Assembly: GCA_943704415.1 (NCBI GenBank)
Contig: CALSCO010000520.1
Coordinates: forward strand, 1-37,420
DNA: 37,420 nucleotides
Direction: 5' to 3'
Source: Parvularia atlantis
Taxonomy: Eukaryota
The position numbers and the translations under genes were made by a program. The notes under the pieces were generated by a model. That model was not told where the DNA came from. It saw only the letters and a list, made by a program, of their open reading frames with translations, and did no database searches. Shown piece by piece: positions 1 to 12,915 of the stretch; position 1 is the first letter of the stretch; each line of letters begins with the position of its first letter.

Positions 1-3000
1 ACCGTGCCCGCCGTCAGCACCAGCAGCGGGCTCGGCGACGACGTGATGCCCGTGATCGTTGACGCGCTGATCGCAGCAGGCACGACCTCCACTGTCGTCG
101 CAGCGTTCGTCTGCAATGTGCGCCTCGTAAGCGTACGCATGCGAGCGTGCACAGCACGACGCACCTGCAGCACAAACGACGCGGGCGCCGTGCCCGACGA
201 CGAGTAGCACACGCGGTAGAAGCCCGCCTGCAAATCGCCGAACGCGTTGGCCGCCACCGTCACCACATAGTTGGCGCCCTGCAGCGTCGCCGCCGGCACC
301 GCCGTCACACCGCGCTGGTTTGTCGAGCAGTCGATCGATGCTGTGTGCGCCGACGCGCGATCAGCTTCACATGCTCGCCTGCTTGCATAGCACAAACGCA
401 CGGCTAGGGATGAACGCGATGTATGACGTCGAGCTGCCTACAAACGTGCAACCGCCCGAGCATGCCGCGTTGGGCGCGATCGTCAGCGACGTGGCCGAGC
501 CTGTGTCCGCACAAACATGCGCCCGCGTGAGCTGCGATGAGCAACGCAAGACCAGCCACGCGCACGCACCGATCGTGAAGACCGTCGGCGACACCGACGT
601 GATCGACGCGCCACCGGGCGGCGACGCCGTGATCGTCAGCTGCGTGCTCGCCGACGACTGCAGCGTCCACGTCGCGCCCGAGTTGGTCGAGTAGCACAGG
701 TAGTACGTGCCCACGGCCGTGAACGGGCCCGTGACCGCTGCACTGTTGCCGCTGGCCAGCGACGTCACGCCAAACAGGTTGGTGCACGCGGCCGCGTTGG
801 CAGTGAACGCAATCTGCGTGTGCAGCCGCGAAGCGTGTGAGTATGCCACCTCATCACGCATCAAGGCAGTCCTGGAAGGCGCACACGCGTGGTCGACGAC
901 GGGATCGCCCCCGAGAACGTGATTGGCGACTTCGCGACGTTGGTCGTCGACGTTGCGGGGCTGATGGCCGAGATCGACGACGTCGTCGCCGGCGGCGCAA
1001 CGGCCGTCAGTGTCGCCGTTTGCCTGCCGCGGCGGATGCGTTGGCAACCGGCAGCGAACCACATTGGCAGGCCATGCGCAACGCACAGCACAAACGTGTT
1101 GCCGCCGTCCTGACTGTAGCACACCGAGTACACCGTCGCAGTCGTCAGGCCCGCGCTCAGCGGACGCGTGATCGACGACGTCAGCGACGTGCGCGACACC
1201 ACCGAGCCCGCGGGGCAGCTCGCGACCTGCTCGCGTGTAGGGATAAGCACTCACATGCAGGCGCGGCCTCGCGCAACACACCACGCCCGGCAGGAACGCC
1301 ACTTGCGACAGCGACGACGCAAACGCGCCCGTGAACGTGATCGACGTCTGCTCGCGGACGCGCACCGACGCGATCATCAGCACACACGCACGCACCGGCC
1401 CCCCCGGCCCACACGCGGCGCACCGTGCTGTCGCCCACGTTGATCGTGCTCGGCGACAGCGTCAGCTGACCGGTCGTCGGGGTCGGCAGCGCGTCGCAGT
1501 TGGTGCCGATCCACGGCGACCTGCACGAGCACGTCCCGTCCACGTTGCTGCAGCTGTTGGCGTTGGCCTGCACGCACGCACAGTTCTGCATCGGGACCAG
1601 CGTGTGAGTGTGAGTGCGCGTCATGAACAAGCAGCGCGGACGTGCCTGCGTGCAGAGGGTGCCAAACTTGAACGCCGCGCACACTGTGCACAGCGAACCG
1701 GCCGTCGGGCACGTGTAGCCCGTCTGCGTGCGTGTCAGGTCTGCAGCACCATTCGCTCGATGCGGCGCCGCACCTCGATCTGGCACGTGCTGCTGCAGCC
1801 GTCGCCGCTCACGCTGTTGCCGTCGTCGCACTGCTCGGCCGACGCCAGGCCCGGCCAGCTCGTCGTGATCACCCCGTCGCCGCATCGCGCTGTCCGCACG
1901 TTCGTGTCCTGCGGTGATGTCAGAGCACGTCCGGTGGCGTTCGCCCACGGCGCACCGGCGTGGTGACGCTTGCGCAGGCGTAGCAGCCGGTGCAGGTCGT
2001 AAGGCCGTAAGGGCACTGCACAGGGTTTACGACGGACGTGCCCGTGTCGCACGTCTCGCCCGGGTCCGTGACGCCGTTGCCGCACAAACAGTCGACTGCA
2101 CGCGGCGCCGCGGTGAGCGCCGGGGAGAGGGAGACGCATTCCGCGCGCGCCTGCGAGCGTCGGGACGAGCACGCTGCATCCGCCGGCCGCCGCGCACGTG
2201 TAGCGGTAGCACGGGTTGGCCGAGACGGCGGTGGTGCAGGTCGTGCCCGCGGGGAGGAAACTGCGCCGCGGCGCGAGAGGTGAGGCGCGATGCGCGGCGC
2301 AATACGGGCGGGGCGCACGTGCAGCTGCTCGAACAGCACGCGTTCTGCGCGTTGTTGGCCGTGAAGCCCAGGTCGCACTGCTCAGGCGCGATCGTGATGT
2401 TGTTGCCGCAGAGCACTGCGCGGGCGGAGGCACGGTGTCAGGCCTCAGCTGCAGCAGCGCGGCACGGCACGGGCACGCACGCGTCGCGCAGCTGGTGCTT
2501 GGATCCCACTCGGCGTTGCACGAGCAGAGGCCCGAGCGTGCTGAGCCGTCGAGGCACGTGCCCTGGCCGTTGCACACAAGGCCGCCGACGCGCGGGCACG
2601 GCTCTGCGCGGCACGCTCGTCAGTGCGGTCGTCCGCGCCTGGTGGCGGACGCACGGCAGGTGGGCCCGCCGAAACCGGTATCGCAGGCATTGCATGTGCC
2701 CACGATGTTGATCGCATCGGAGCGCGTCGTAAAGTTGGGAGGGCACTTGGTACACTGCGCGCACAGGCAAAGGTGAGCACGCTGCGTTCTCAGGCGCAAC
2801 TGCACACGCACCGTGCCGTCGCCTGCCAGGCCGTCGGCGCACGCGTTCGTCGCGCAATCGGGGCACGTCAGGCACGATGGGCCAAAGTAGCCTGCGGTGC
2901 AGGCGGTGATTTCATGAAAATACGCCCGGCCTTGAGAGATCGACACCGCCGGTGCGCCAGAAACAACGAAGCGCGGGCTGTCGTGCAGCGTAACGCCCGC

Positions 3001-4322
3001 CCCGAACGCATTGTTGCTGGATGGGCCAGTGAACTGCGCGAAGGCAGTGCACTCGGCCGCGTCGGTGCAGTCGAAGACGTACACGTCTAAGTGGCGGCCC
3101 CTGCATGAGGATGCGCAAAGCATGCACAGCGGCACGCACCGCCCAAGCTCGTGTACGGCGCCGAGACGACCAGCATGTTGTTGACGGCCCGCAGGTTGAA
3201 TCCAAAGCGAGCACCAGTCGCGGCGTTCGGCGCCCTATAGGTCACGGGCGTGGTCGCGCAGTTTGTTGTTGTGCAAGGGTAGATGTAGATCGCGCCCGTG
3301 TCGCTGTCGACGCCACTTGCGCCCACGGCCAGGAAAGTCGTCGTGAGCGTCAGCACTGTGGCGTAGTTGACTGTTGCGATTGTTGGCACGCGTTGCAGCA
3401 AGCGCCACAAAAGAGACGCACCGCCTGTATCTGTGATAGACACGCTGGTGACCAGGGTGCACGCATCAGCCGTAGGGCAGGAAAGCACGTGAACCGTTGG
3501 AATGACTCCGTTGGCGCCACCTTTGTCGCCCACTGCGACGAGGTTCTGGGTGATGCCGCACGACCATCCGAGCCGGTACGTGTTCGTTGAAGTTAAGACC
3601 CAGTAGTTCATGCTGCTCGGGCAGTCGGTTGGCGAGGAGCAGTACAAGAGCGCGAATCTGCCGCCGCCGCTGTCGTACGGTCCACCGGCGACGACGTAGA
3701 CTGCGCTGCCGACCTGGCGCACGGCGAGTGACCAGCCCAGACGCGTGCCGGAAGCTGAGATGTACGGGCTGCTGGAGAGAGCCGCGCATGACGTTGCGTC
3801 AGCGTTGCAGTTGTAGATGTGCACGGCGCCGTTGTCGCTGCTGCTGCACTGGATGTCAGCACACTACATCTAGCGAATAGAACGTGCACACCCCCAGAAA
3901 GGCGCTCCAACAGCCAGAAATTTCCCGTTGTTGGCGAGCGCGACCGTGGCGCCGTAGCAGCTCGACGATGAGCCTGAGCCACTCGGGCGTATGGTGAGCG
4001 CGTAGGCGCAGTTGTACGGGGTGGTTGTGCTGCAGTTGTAGAGCGAGACGTAGCCGGTGCCGTATTTGCTTGGGCCGCTAGATGTGTAGATGTCACATTC
4101 AGGCGCACCCACAGCGATGGTGTTGCCCGAGGCGGCGACCGAGGTGCCAATATAGTCGTTGGCGCTGGTCGAGCCCGTGTTGACGAGCAGATTTGTTGAG
4201 AACGTCGCCACTGCTTGCGCGCGCGCGACTCGGACCGTCACCGAGACTGCGACGAGCAGCGCGAGAGTCACGGCCGCGGCCGCCGCGGCCGGCCGCACGA
4301 GGACGGCCGATGGCTTGAGCAT
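1..4322 (-). CDS. Large secreted/cell-surface protein: signal peptide, 7 FG-GAP-like repeats, EGF/laminin-EGF, disintegrin-like and Myxococcus-type Cys-rich repeats, Ig/IPT-like repeats (3' end outside window; ~18 introns)
   Basis: ATG at 4322 gives MLKPSAVLVRPAAAAAAVTLALLVAVSVTVRVARA (hydrophobic leader). Repeats such as GTSVAASGNTIAVGAP, GATVALANNGKFLAVGAP and FGAGVTL..VSGAP follow. Then CNGQGTCLDG..CSC (EGF), CGNN..EQCDLG..CCSSSC, CGDG..EQCDDGNSVSGDGCSSTCQIE, and ~100-aa S/T-rich units containing Y-x-[VL]CYS. Exons join in frame across GT/GC-AG introns. Confidence 0.8.
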
Positions 4323-5001
4323 GGGCTCGGACGGGTGTTGGCGAGGCGGCCGAGGCTGGCGCGGTTGCGCGAGGGTCACCTGACTGCGGGGCAATCGTGA
4401 GACGTTGGACGCTTGCGCGCTGCGACAATGCAAGCGAGTGCGCAGCTGCGGGCCCGTGTGCGCGCGCGCGCGTGGCAACAGGAAGTGAGGGGCCAGCACA
4501 GCGCGCGAGCGGCGAGCAGGCGAGCAGGCGACGCGTGTACATGTAACACCACGTGAAAAGCAGACAGGACGAAACGCGCCCGCGACGCGGCGTTTCAGCA
4601 GCGCATGCGGCGCGGGCGGAGCAGCCCGAGGCGCACAAGCGCATGCTCGCACGCGCGCGCGGCAAGAGCGAGGAACGCGGCCTGGCGCGCCGTGGCGCGC
4701 GGATCGCGAGTGCGGCGCGCAAAAGTTGTGCCGACTGAGATGGTCCAAGTCGCAGAGCGGAAATGGGTGTGGCGGTGGGTCGACAAAACACGAGCTCACG
4801 ACGGATAGGCACAATCCGCCCGCGCACGACGGCCTCGCCCGTCGCCAGCCGCGCGATCGCTGCCACGTGCGCACGCGAGCACCGCCACCGTTCGTCCAGG
4901 CCGTCCATCGCTTACGCGCGCGCGACAGCTCGAGCGGGAAACGCCTCCCGGGACCCGCTCATTAGAAGAGTGACACGGCGCGTGCACGGCACGTGACCGC
5001 C

Positions 5002-8000
5002 ATGAGCCTCAGCTTGGACGGCACGGCGCGCGCGCGCCTCGCGTGGCTCCTGCGCACGGTGCGCGGCGGCGGCGGCGCGGGGGCGGACGAGGACGACGGA
5101 TCGCTGTTGCTGCGCGTTGAGGGCGCGTCGGCCGGTTTGTGGCGGTGCGCGATGAGCAAGAGACGATGGTGAACGGCGCACGCGGCAGATGGACGGCGCA
5201 CGGTGCGCCTCGGCGGCGTGACACTGCCCATCGTCGACCCGGCCGTGCCCGAGATCGTGCCGCTGCTGCAGCCGGCGATATTTGGCAACGCGCAGGCGCG
5301 TGACGCGTGCACGTCGGGCGGCAAGCCCGGTCTTAACCGGATCAAGCACAGGAGATGCTGCGGCACCTGCAGTGGATCATGCAGAAGGACCTGCTCGGCC
5401 AAGACGTGTTTCTCATCGGCCCGCCCGGCCCGCTCCGCCGCTGGCTCGTCATGCGCTTCTGCCAGCTGACCGAGCGCGAGGTGCCCACCGTGGCCGCTGT
5501 GGCGTTGCCTTGATCGCCGCGCGCGCAGGTCGAGTATGTAGCGCTCTCGCGCGACACGACCGAGGCCGACCTCAAGCAGCGCCGCGAGATCCGCCACGGC
5601 ACAGCGTACTACGAGGACCAGGGCGCGGTCATGGCGGCCATCAAGGCGCGTGCTTCATTCAGCGATTGCCTCGTCAGCTCACGACCGCCACGTGCAGGGC
5701 CGCGTGCTCGTGATCGAGGGCATCGAGAAGGCCGAGCGCAACGTCCTCCCGATCATCAACAACCTGCTCGAGAACCGCGAGATGAACCTGGAGGACGGGC
5801 GCTTCCTCGTCGCGCCAGCGCGCTACGACTCGCTGCTCAAGGAGCACGCGCAGGTGCGCGCTTTCGCATGCACGCGCCCATCTTCGTCTCATGCATGCAC
5901 GTGTGTTGCGCAGGACGAGCTCGACGCGTGGAAGCTCGTGCGCGTGAGCGAGCGCTTCCGCGTGGTCGCCCTTGGTCTGCCCGTGCCCAAGTACCCCGGC
6001 AACCCGCTCGATCCACCCCTGCGCTCGCGCTTCCAAGCGCGCGACATCCGCACGCCCTCGTTCGACGTGCAGCTCAAGCACTTGCGCACGCTCGCGCCGC
6101 GTGCGGGCGAGCGCGCGGTGATGCAGCTGCTTTCCGTCGGTGCGTCGCTGCGCCGTCGCTCGCGCGCCCCTCTCAGGTCGCGCTTTGCAGCGACCGTCCT
6201 GCGCACCGTCGAGACCGAACAGAGCCTGCCCGTGCCCGAGTTCCCTGCCGTGCTCGACAGCATTGCGCGCCTGCTCAACCTCTTCCCGGACATGAGCGTG
6301 CGCTTCCTCGTCGACGTGCTCTACCCGTTCCCGCTCCTGCCGTCGTGCGACCCGGAGCAGCGCAAGATCATCCACGCGCTGTACCGGGTGCGCTGCACGC
6401 CGTGGCCGATGTGGATTACGCTCACCCCGCCCGCCTCGCCAGCGCTTCGGCATCGCGCGTCCGACCGACGAGGGCGACGCCGAGGATGACGCGCAGGCGC
6501 CGCCGCCGTCCAACTACGAGCTCGCGCGGTGGCGTCGACCCGGCGGCCGATGTCGCGGGCAGCTCTGACGCTGTGCGGCACAGGCTCATGGACAAGGCCG
6601 AGGAGACGCTGCGGGCGCAGTTTGTCAACGTGACTGCCGACGCGTCGCCCGTGCTGAGTATCGCGCTTGTTGCCGGCCCGCGCCCGTCGCTCCCTGCCGA
6701 GTTCTTCGTCGAGACGCGCTACCACCAGCAGCTGCTGTGGTCGCTGCTGCAGTCGCACGCCGTGGCCGACTTTTGCATCGTGGGCCCGAAGGTGCCGTGC
6801 GCTCTCGCCCTTTGTGCGGCCTGACTGTGCGCTCGCTGCGGCAGGGCGTCGGCAAGTCGGCCATCGTGCGGCACTTTGCACGCCTGCTCGGCTACGTGGT
6901 CGAGTACGTGCCGCTGTACAAGGACATGACGCCGCGCGACCTGCTGCAGCGGCGCGCGACGCTGCTCAACGGCGACACGATCTGGCTGCCGTCGGCGCTA
7001 GTCGAGGCCGCACGCACCGGCCGACTGTGCGTGCTCGATGGCGCGGACCAGCTGCCCTCGGGCACATTCGCGTCGGTGCAACGTCTGCTGCTCGACCGCG
7101 AGCTCTCGCTGCCCGACGGCACGCGGCTGCTGCGCGCGGACCGCTACGACGAGCTGCGGCGGCGGAGCGAGCGCAAGCACGGCCTGACGCGCGCCGAGGC
7201 CTTGGCGCGCCTGGACAGGCTCAAGATCCAGCGCATTCACCCGGCCTTCCGCGTCGTCGCCCTGGCGCGCCCCGCGAGCATGTCGAGGGCGCAGGCGTCG
7301 TGGCTCACTGCCGAGATCCAGGCCATGTTCCACTTCCACGTCGTGCGGCCGCTTCGGCAGCAGGTGCGGGTGAGCATTAAGTTTTCGAGGAGTGCTGACG
7401 TGGTGCCACGGCGTGCAGGAGGAGCTCGACGTGCTGCGCGCGCTCGCGCCTGGAGTCGACGAGGCGCTGCTGGCCAGGCTCGTGCGCTTCGCCAACCAGC
7501 TGCGCGCAGGCACGGACGACATTGTGCTGTCGCTGGCGACGTCGCTATCCACGCGGTGCGTGCGCGCTTTATCACCTAGTGCGCAACCCCTGACCCGCTT
7601 GCGCCGCATGCAGGCAGCTCATCCGCATCTGCCGCCGCCTGGCCGTGTTCAAGAACGAGAGCCTGTACGAGGCCGTGGACCGCGCGTGCCTCTCGCGCTT
7701 CCTGCCTGCGATCGCCCGCACAACGCTGCGGCAGCTGCTGCGTGACAACAAGATTGAGCCGCGCCCGGACGCGCAGGTGCACGACGAGGAAGTCAAGGTG
7801 CGCGCGCGGGTAGCCTCCTATGCACCTCGCGGCGCCTTAGCCCGACGTCGCCGCGCAGCTCGAGATTGAGAGCACGGCTGAAATGCTGCGCATCGGCGAC
7901 GTTGTGCAGAAGCTGCAGCCGCCGCGCAACCCGCTGCTCGTGCCCGAGATCGTCTTCCACAACAACCCGCGCCAGACGCGCCTGCTGCGCGAGATGCTCA

Positions 8001-11000
8001 AGGACCTCCAGCTCGGTGGGCGCGTGCCGCGAGGGCATTGCGGCAGCTGACGCGTGCCGCGCCAGGCGACAACCTCCTGCTGATCGGCAACCAGGGCGTG
8101 GGCAAGAACAAGCTGGCCGACCGCCTGCTCGAGCTGATGCGCCTGCCGCGCGAGTACATCCAGCTGCACCGGTGCGCATACCGCTATTTTGCGTGTTTGC
8201 TCACGGCGAGGGCGCAGCGACACGACCGTGCAGAGCCTCACGTCGTCGCCGACGGTCAAAGACGGCTTGCTCGTGTACGACGACTCGCCGCTGGTGCGCG
8301 CCGCCCGCGAGGGCTACGTGCTCGTCGTCGACGAGGCGGACAAGGTGAACGGTGCACCCCACGCGCTGGCCGTGTGCCGCTAACCTTCGCCGCGCCCCGC
8401 TAGGCGCCCACGCACGTCACGTCGATCCTCAAGACGCTCGTCGAGGACGGCGAGATGCTGCTCGCGGACGGGCGGCGCCTGGCCGCGCGCTCGTTCGAGG
8501 ACCGCGACCCGAACACGATCGCGATCCACCCGGACTTTCACATCATCGTCCTGGCCAACCGCCCCGGTGCGCGCGCACCTACAGCAGCCGCGTGCACGGG
8601 CTGACCGGCGAGCGCGACAGGCTTCCCGTTCCTCGGCAACGACTTTTACCGCGAGATTGGCGACGTTTTCAGCGCACACGCGGTTGACAACCCTGTGAGC
8701 TCCTGGTTGCATGTGATGCGTGCCGCAGGCTGACACGTGCGCAGGACTCGGAGTCGGAGATGTTCCTGCTGCGCAAGTACGCGCCGAGCGTCCCTGAGGA
8801 GACGCTGCAGAAGCTGAGCGGCGGTGCGAGCTCTACTGTGCACCACGGCGCGCTGAGTAGCTGACGTGGCCCACGCGCCAGCTTTTGCGGACCTGCGCCG
8901 GCTCGTGGACGAGGGCTTGATCTCGTACCCGTACTCGACGCGCGAGCTGGTCAACATCGTGCGCCACATGGAAAAATACCCAGAGGAGGGCATCAGCCGC
9001 ATCCTGCAGAACGTGTTTGACTTTGACCAGTACGAGCGCGAGGTCAAGGAGCTGCTCATCCAGACGCTGCAGCGCCACGGCATCCCCGTCGGTCTCGAGT
9101 CGGACTTCAAGATTGACCTGTGCGTCCACGGCCCCGCCTGCTTGCGCTGGCTGATAGGTGAGCAGGGGCGTCGAGACGCCGCTGCCGCAGCCCGCGCTGG
9201 TCGAGACGTGGCTGTCGACGCCGGCAATGACCGGGCGCACGTCGGTGCAGTGCCTGATCGGGTACGTCTGGGAGCCCGCGCAACCGCCTACTGCTTGTTG
9301 ATGCGCCCGTGCGCCTGGCAGCGAGGCCGAGCTGCCGCGCCGTGGCATGTGGAAGCTCAAGGACGCCGTGCCCGAGACGCTCGACCGCACCGAGGGCCGC
9401 GCGGTCGTGTTCACGGAGCAGCTCTACGGCTTCAAGATCCCGACGCGCGGTCCGTCTGCCGCACTTTGTCTGTGCCCGCGACTGACACAGGCGGCGGCAC
9501 AGGCCAGGTGCTGGACGTGCTCTGCGTCGGCGACGGCACACTGCACGCGATCAGCACTGAGCCGATCACGCTCTTCACGATCGCGCCGCCGTACCGCACG
9601 TTAACGTCGATGGATCTGTACGAGTACTTTCCGCTGATGGGCCCCGGTGCGCCCGTGCAACACGGGCCGTGGCAACGCTGACGCACTTGCGCAGTCGCGC
9701 CGCGTCTGCGCATTGCTGCGATCGACCAGGCGGGCACGGTCGTGGTGCTGCACAACCCTCAGGACAACTCGCTGCTAGGAGTGGACGTGGCGCAGCGCAC
9801 GGTCTTTGCCGTGTCGCTCCCGCAGTTCTCGGTGCGGCCGCTCAGCTGGTCCGTTCGACGCGGATGCTCATGTGCGCTCGGACAGAACTACAAGTCGTCC
9901 ATCATGCTCGGCGACCTCGGCCCCGCCACGGGCCGCCTCGTGCTCTTCCAGGACAACGGCTCGCAGCTCGTCGTGGTCGACTTCCGCGCGAGCAAGATGT
10001 ATACGGTGCGCGCGCTAGCGCTCAGCCACGTGCGTCAGCTGAGGCTGCGCAGATCAAGACGCCGTTCAAGATCCTCAAGGTGCACCTCGTCTCGGAGAGC
10101 TTCTGGCTGGTTGAGGAGGCAGACGAGGGCGCGCACTTTGTGCTGCGGCCGCCGACGGCGCCGCACGGGCCAGAAGGTCTTGTGCGCTCACTCGCTTCCG
10201 CAAGTCGGCTGACGTCGCGTGCACCGCAGTCTCGGCGTCGCTCGCGCACTTGCCGACGTTTGCTGAGCCCGTGACCAAGCACCTGCACAACAGCGACAGC
10301 GATCCGGCCGACGTGCTCTTTGTCGCGCCCGCGCCGCTCCAGGCCGGCGTGTTCCCGTCGCGGTGCGACCGCTGAGCGCATGCAAAGGCGGCGTCTGACG
10401 CGCCATTCGCCCGGCGCAGGTCGCCGGCGCGCTTCTTGCACTCGTTTGGTGCGATTGTGCAGCTGGCCGTGGACCTGCCGGACGCGTTTGTGGCGACGGC
10501 CGAGGTATGTGTGCACGCGTACTTTGCTGGTCACTCACGCTGCCGCAGAAACGCGCCGTGTCGCGCCCGGTCGAGATCCTGTCGTTTGCGCGCCCGCCGC
10601 AGCCGCAGGACAGCACCGCAGAGCCGGTGTCGCAGACGAGCGTCGCGGCGCGGTACCGCAAGCGCCCGACCAAGTCACTCTACATGCGCAAGTCGTGCCT
10701 GCTCGCGTCGGTGATCCAGGACGAGGTGCGCGCGCACTCGCCGCCGCACTTTGGCCGTGCTGACTGTCGCCATAGAACGGCCGCTTCCAAGGCGACCTCG
10801 AGCTCGTGGACCTGCGCCGTCGCGTGCTGCGCACGATCCGCCTGCCGCTGCCGCTGAGTCTGACGGGCGGCTCGGCGCGCAAGCAGTTTAGGTGCGCAGC
10901 GTGTGGTGGACACCCAAACGCCGCTCACAGCGCCGTGCAGCGAGATGCCGCGCATCTACATTACAAGCCACCTCGCGTTCCAGGGTGAGACGTGCCCGGT

Positions 11001-12886
11001 GTCGCTCGCCGAGCTGCCGGACGGCAACCTGCTGACGGTGCGGGCGTCCCGCCACTTACGCTCGCCCAACGCGTGGCGCGCGTGCAGGTGGACCGTGCGG
11101 GCGAGGCGCGCGTGTGGCAGATCGACGTGGAGGAGGTCAACGCGGCCGTGAACGAGTGGAAGCGCATGATTGGCAACATCGCTGAGGCGTCCGAGCTGCG
11201 GCTCGAAAAGGACCGGGCCGAGGACAACCGCGAGAACGACGACGACGAGGACGAGGAGGGCGGCGACGGCGGCGACGAAGGTGACGACGGCGAGGACAAC
11301 GACGACGGCGACCGCAAGCGCAAGCAGGGCAAGGGCTTCGGCAAGGGCAAGGGCAAGGGGAAAGGCAAGGGCAAGGGACAGGGCGAGGGCAATGGCGAAG
11401 GCGAGGGCGAGGGCGACGGTGACGGCGCGGGGTCAGGGTCGGGCTCCGGCTCGGGCGGCAGCGGCGGCGGGCGCGGCGGCGCGGGCGGCGACGGCATGCC
11501 GAACCTGGGCGCGTCGGGCGACCGCTCCGACATGGGCAAGAGCGACGGCTCGACCGACGTCAAAGTGGTGCGCACGTGCGACTGCACAGCCGGCGATGCA
11601 CTCGCTCATGTCGTTGTGTGCAGCGCGAGACGGCGCGCACGGTGCCGGACGACGTGACGCAGGCGGCCAAGGAGATGCGCGAGGCGTCGCTGATGAAGCG
11701 GCTGCAGGATATCGACATGTCGCAGCAGGACGCGAAGGTGTGCCTGCGTGCACACCGTGCCTTGTCGCACACACTGAAACGCCCGCGTGCTCCAGCTGTA
11801 CGCCGAGTACGTTGGCACAGTGCAGCGCGAGATCCGCGAGATCCGCGTGCTGCTCGAGAGCATGGAGGCCAAGAACAACGAGCGCATGTGGATCAAGAAT
11901 CAGGGCTCGGGCGACCTGGACGATTCGAAGCTGATCGAGGGTGCGCACACCGCAGCAGTTGCGGCGCGGCGCTGTGCTTCCGCCGTGGCGCAGGCATCAC
12001 GGGCGAGCGCGCGATCTACCGGCGGCGCGGTGAGCAGCCGCCCGAGATGGGCATGTTCCAGGAGCTGCCGAAGCGGATGCACTTTGTGTTTGACCTGTCG
12101 GCGAGGTGCGCGGCTCGTGCGGGGGGCGCGCCTCGTTTGCTGACTGGCTGTTCGCTGGGCGGCAGCATGTCGCGCTTCAACTCGATGGACGGCCGCCTGG
12201 ACCGGTCGATGGAGGCCGCGACGATGCTGCTCGAGTCGTTCAAGAACTTTGACCACAAGTTCCGCTACCGCATTTCGGGCCACAGCGGTGTGCGGGTGGG
12301 CTGGCCGCGGCGTTGATGTGACTGACGCTCCGAACGTGAATCAGGCGACGCGATGGACCTGCCTTTCGTGCAGGAGCCGGCGTACCCGAAGAACGAGAAA
12401 GAACGACTGGCAATCGTCAAGAAGGTGCGCTGGCGCGTGCAGGGGGCGGGCCTGGCCGCGCGCTGAGCTGCGCGTCGGCAGATGACCGCGCACGCCAACT
12501 ACGCGCTGTCGGGTGATTCGACGCTGGCGGCAATCCAGAACGCGGTGCGCGAGATCGTCAAGAAGGAGGCGGACGAGTACTTTGTGATGGTGCTGTCGGA
12601 CGCCAACCTGGACCAGTACAACATCAAGCCGGCCGACATCGCCAAGGCGCTGACGGCAGACGAGCGCGTGAACGCGTACATCATCTTCATCGGCACAATT
12701 CGCGACCAGGCCGAGAAGTGCGTCCTGTTTGTGCGTGTCGTGCGGCTGCTGACGACGGCGCACGGCGTGCACAGGCTCATGCGCAGCCTGCCCGTCGGTC
12801 GCGCGTTCGTGTGCCTCAACACGAAGGACCTGCCGAAGGTGATGCAGCGCATCTTCACGTCGACGATGCTCAAGAGCAGCCTGTGA
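5002..12886 (+). CDS. VWA8: von Willebrand factor A domain-containing protein 8 (three AAA-like modules plus C-terminal VWA), ~37 introns
   Basis: Spliced exons give EMLRHLQWIMQKDLLGQDVFLIGPPGPLRR, EGIEKAERNVLPIINNLLENREMNLEDGRFL, GPKGVGKS, LLLIGNQGVGKNKLADRLL, YPYSTRELVNIVRH, MIDAS-like FDLSASMSRFN and LSDANL..Y. The protein ends FTSTMLKSSL*. Confidence 0.93.
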
Positions 12887-12915
12887 GCGTGTCTCGTAAT
12901 AGCAATACGAAAACA

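Noticed and set aside
4323..5001. Possible hidden gene or regulatory RNA in the largest intergenic gap (three CACGTG E-boxes, GCGGGAAA E2F-like site, short hairpins at ~4571-4596 and ~4932-4960)
   Set aside because: I found no coherent spliced ORF. Such short motifs and 7-bp stems are expected by chance at this GC content.
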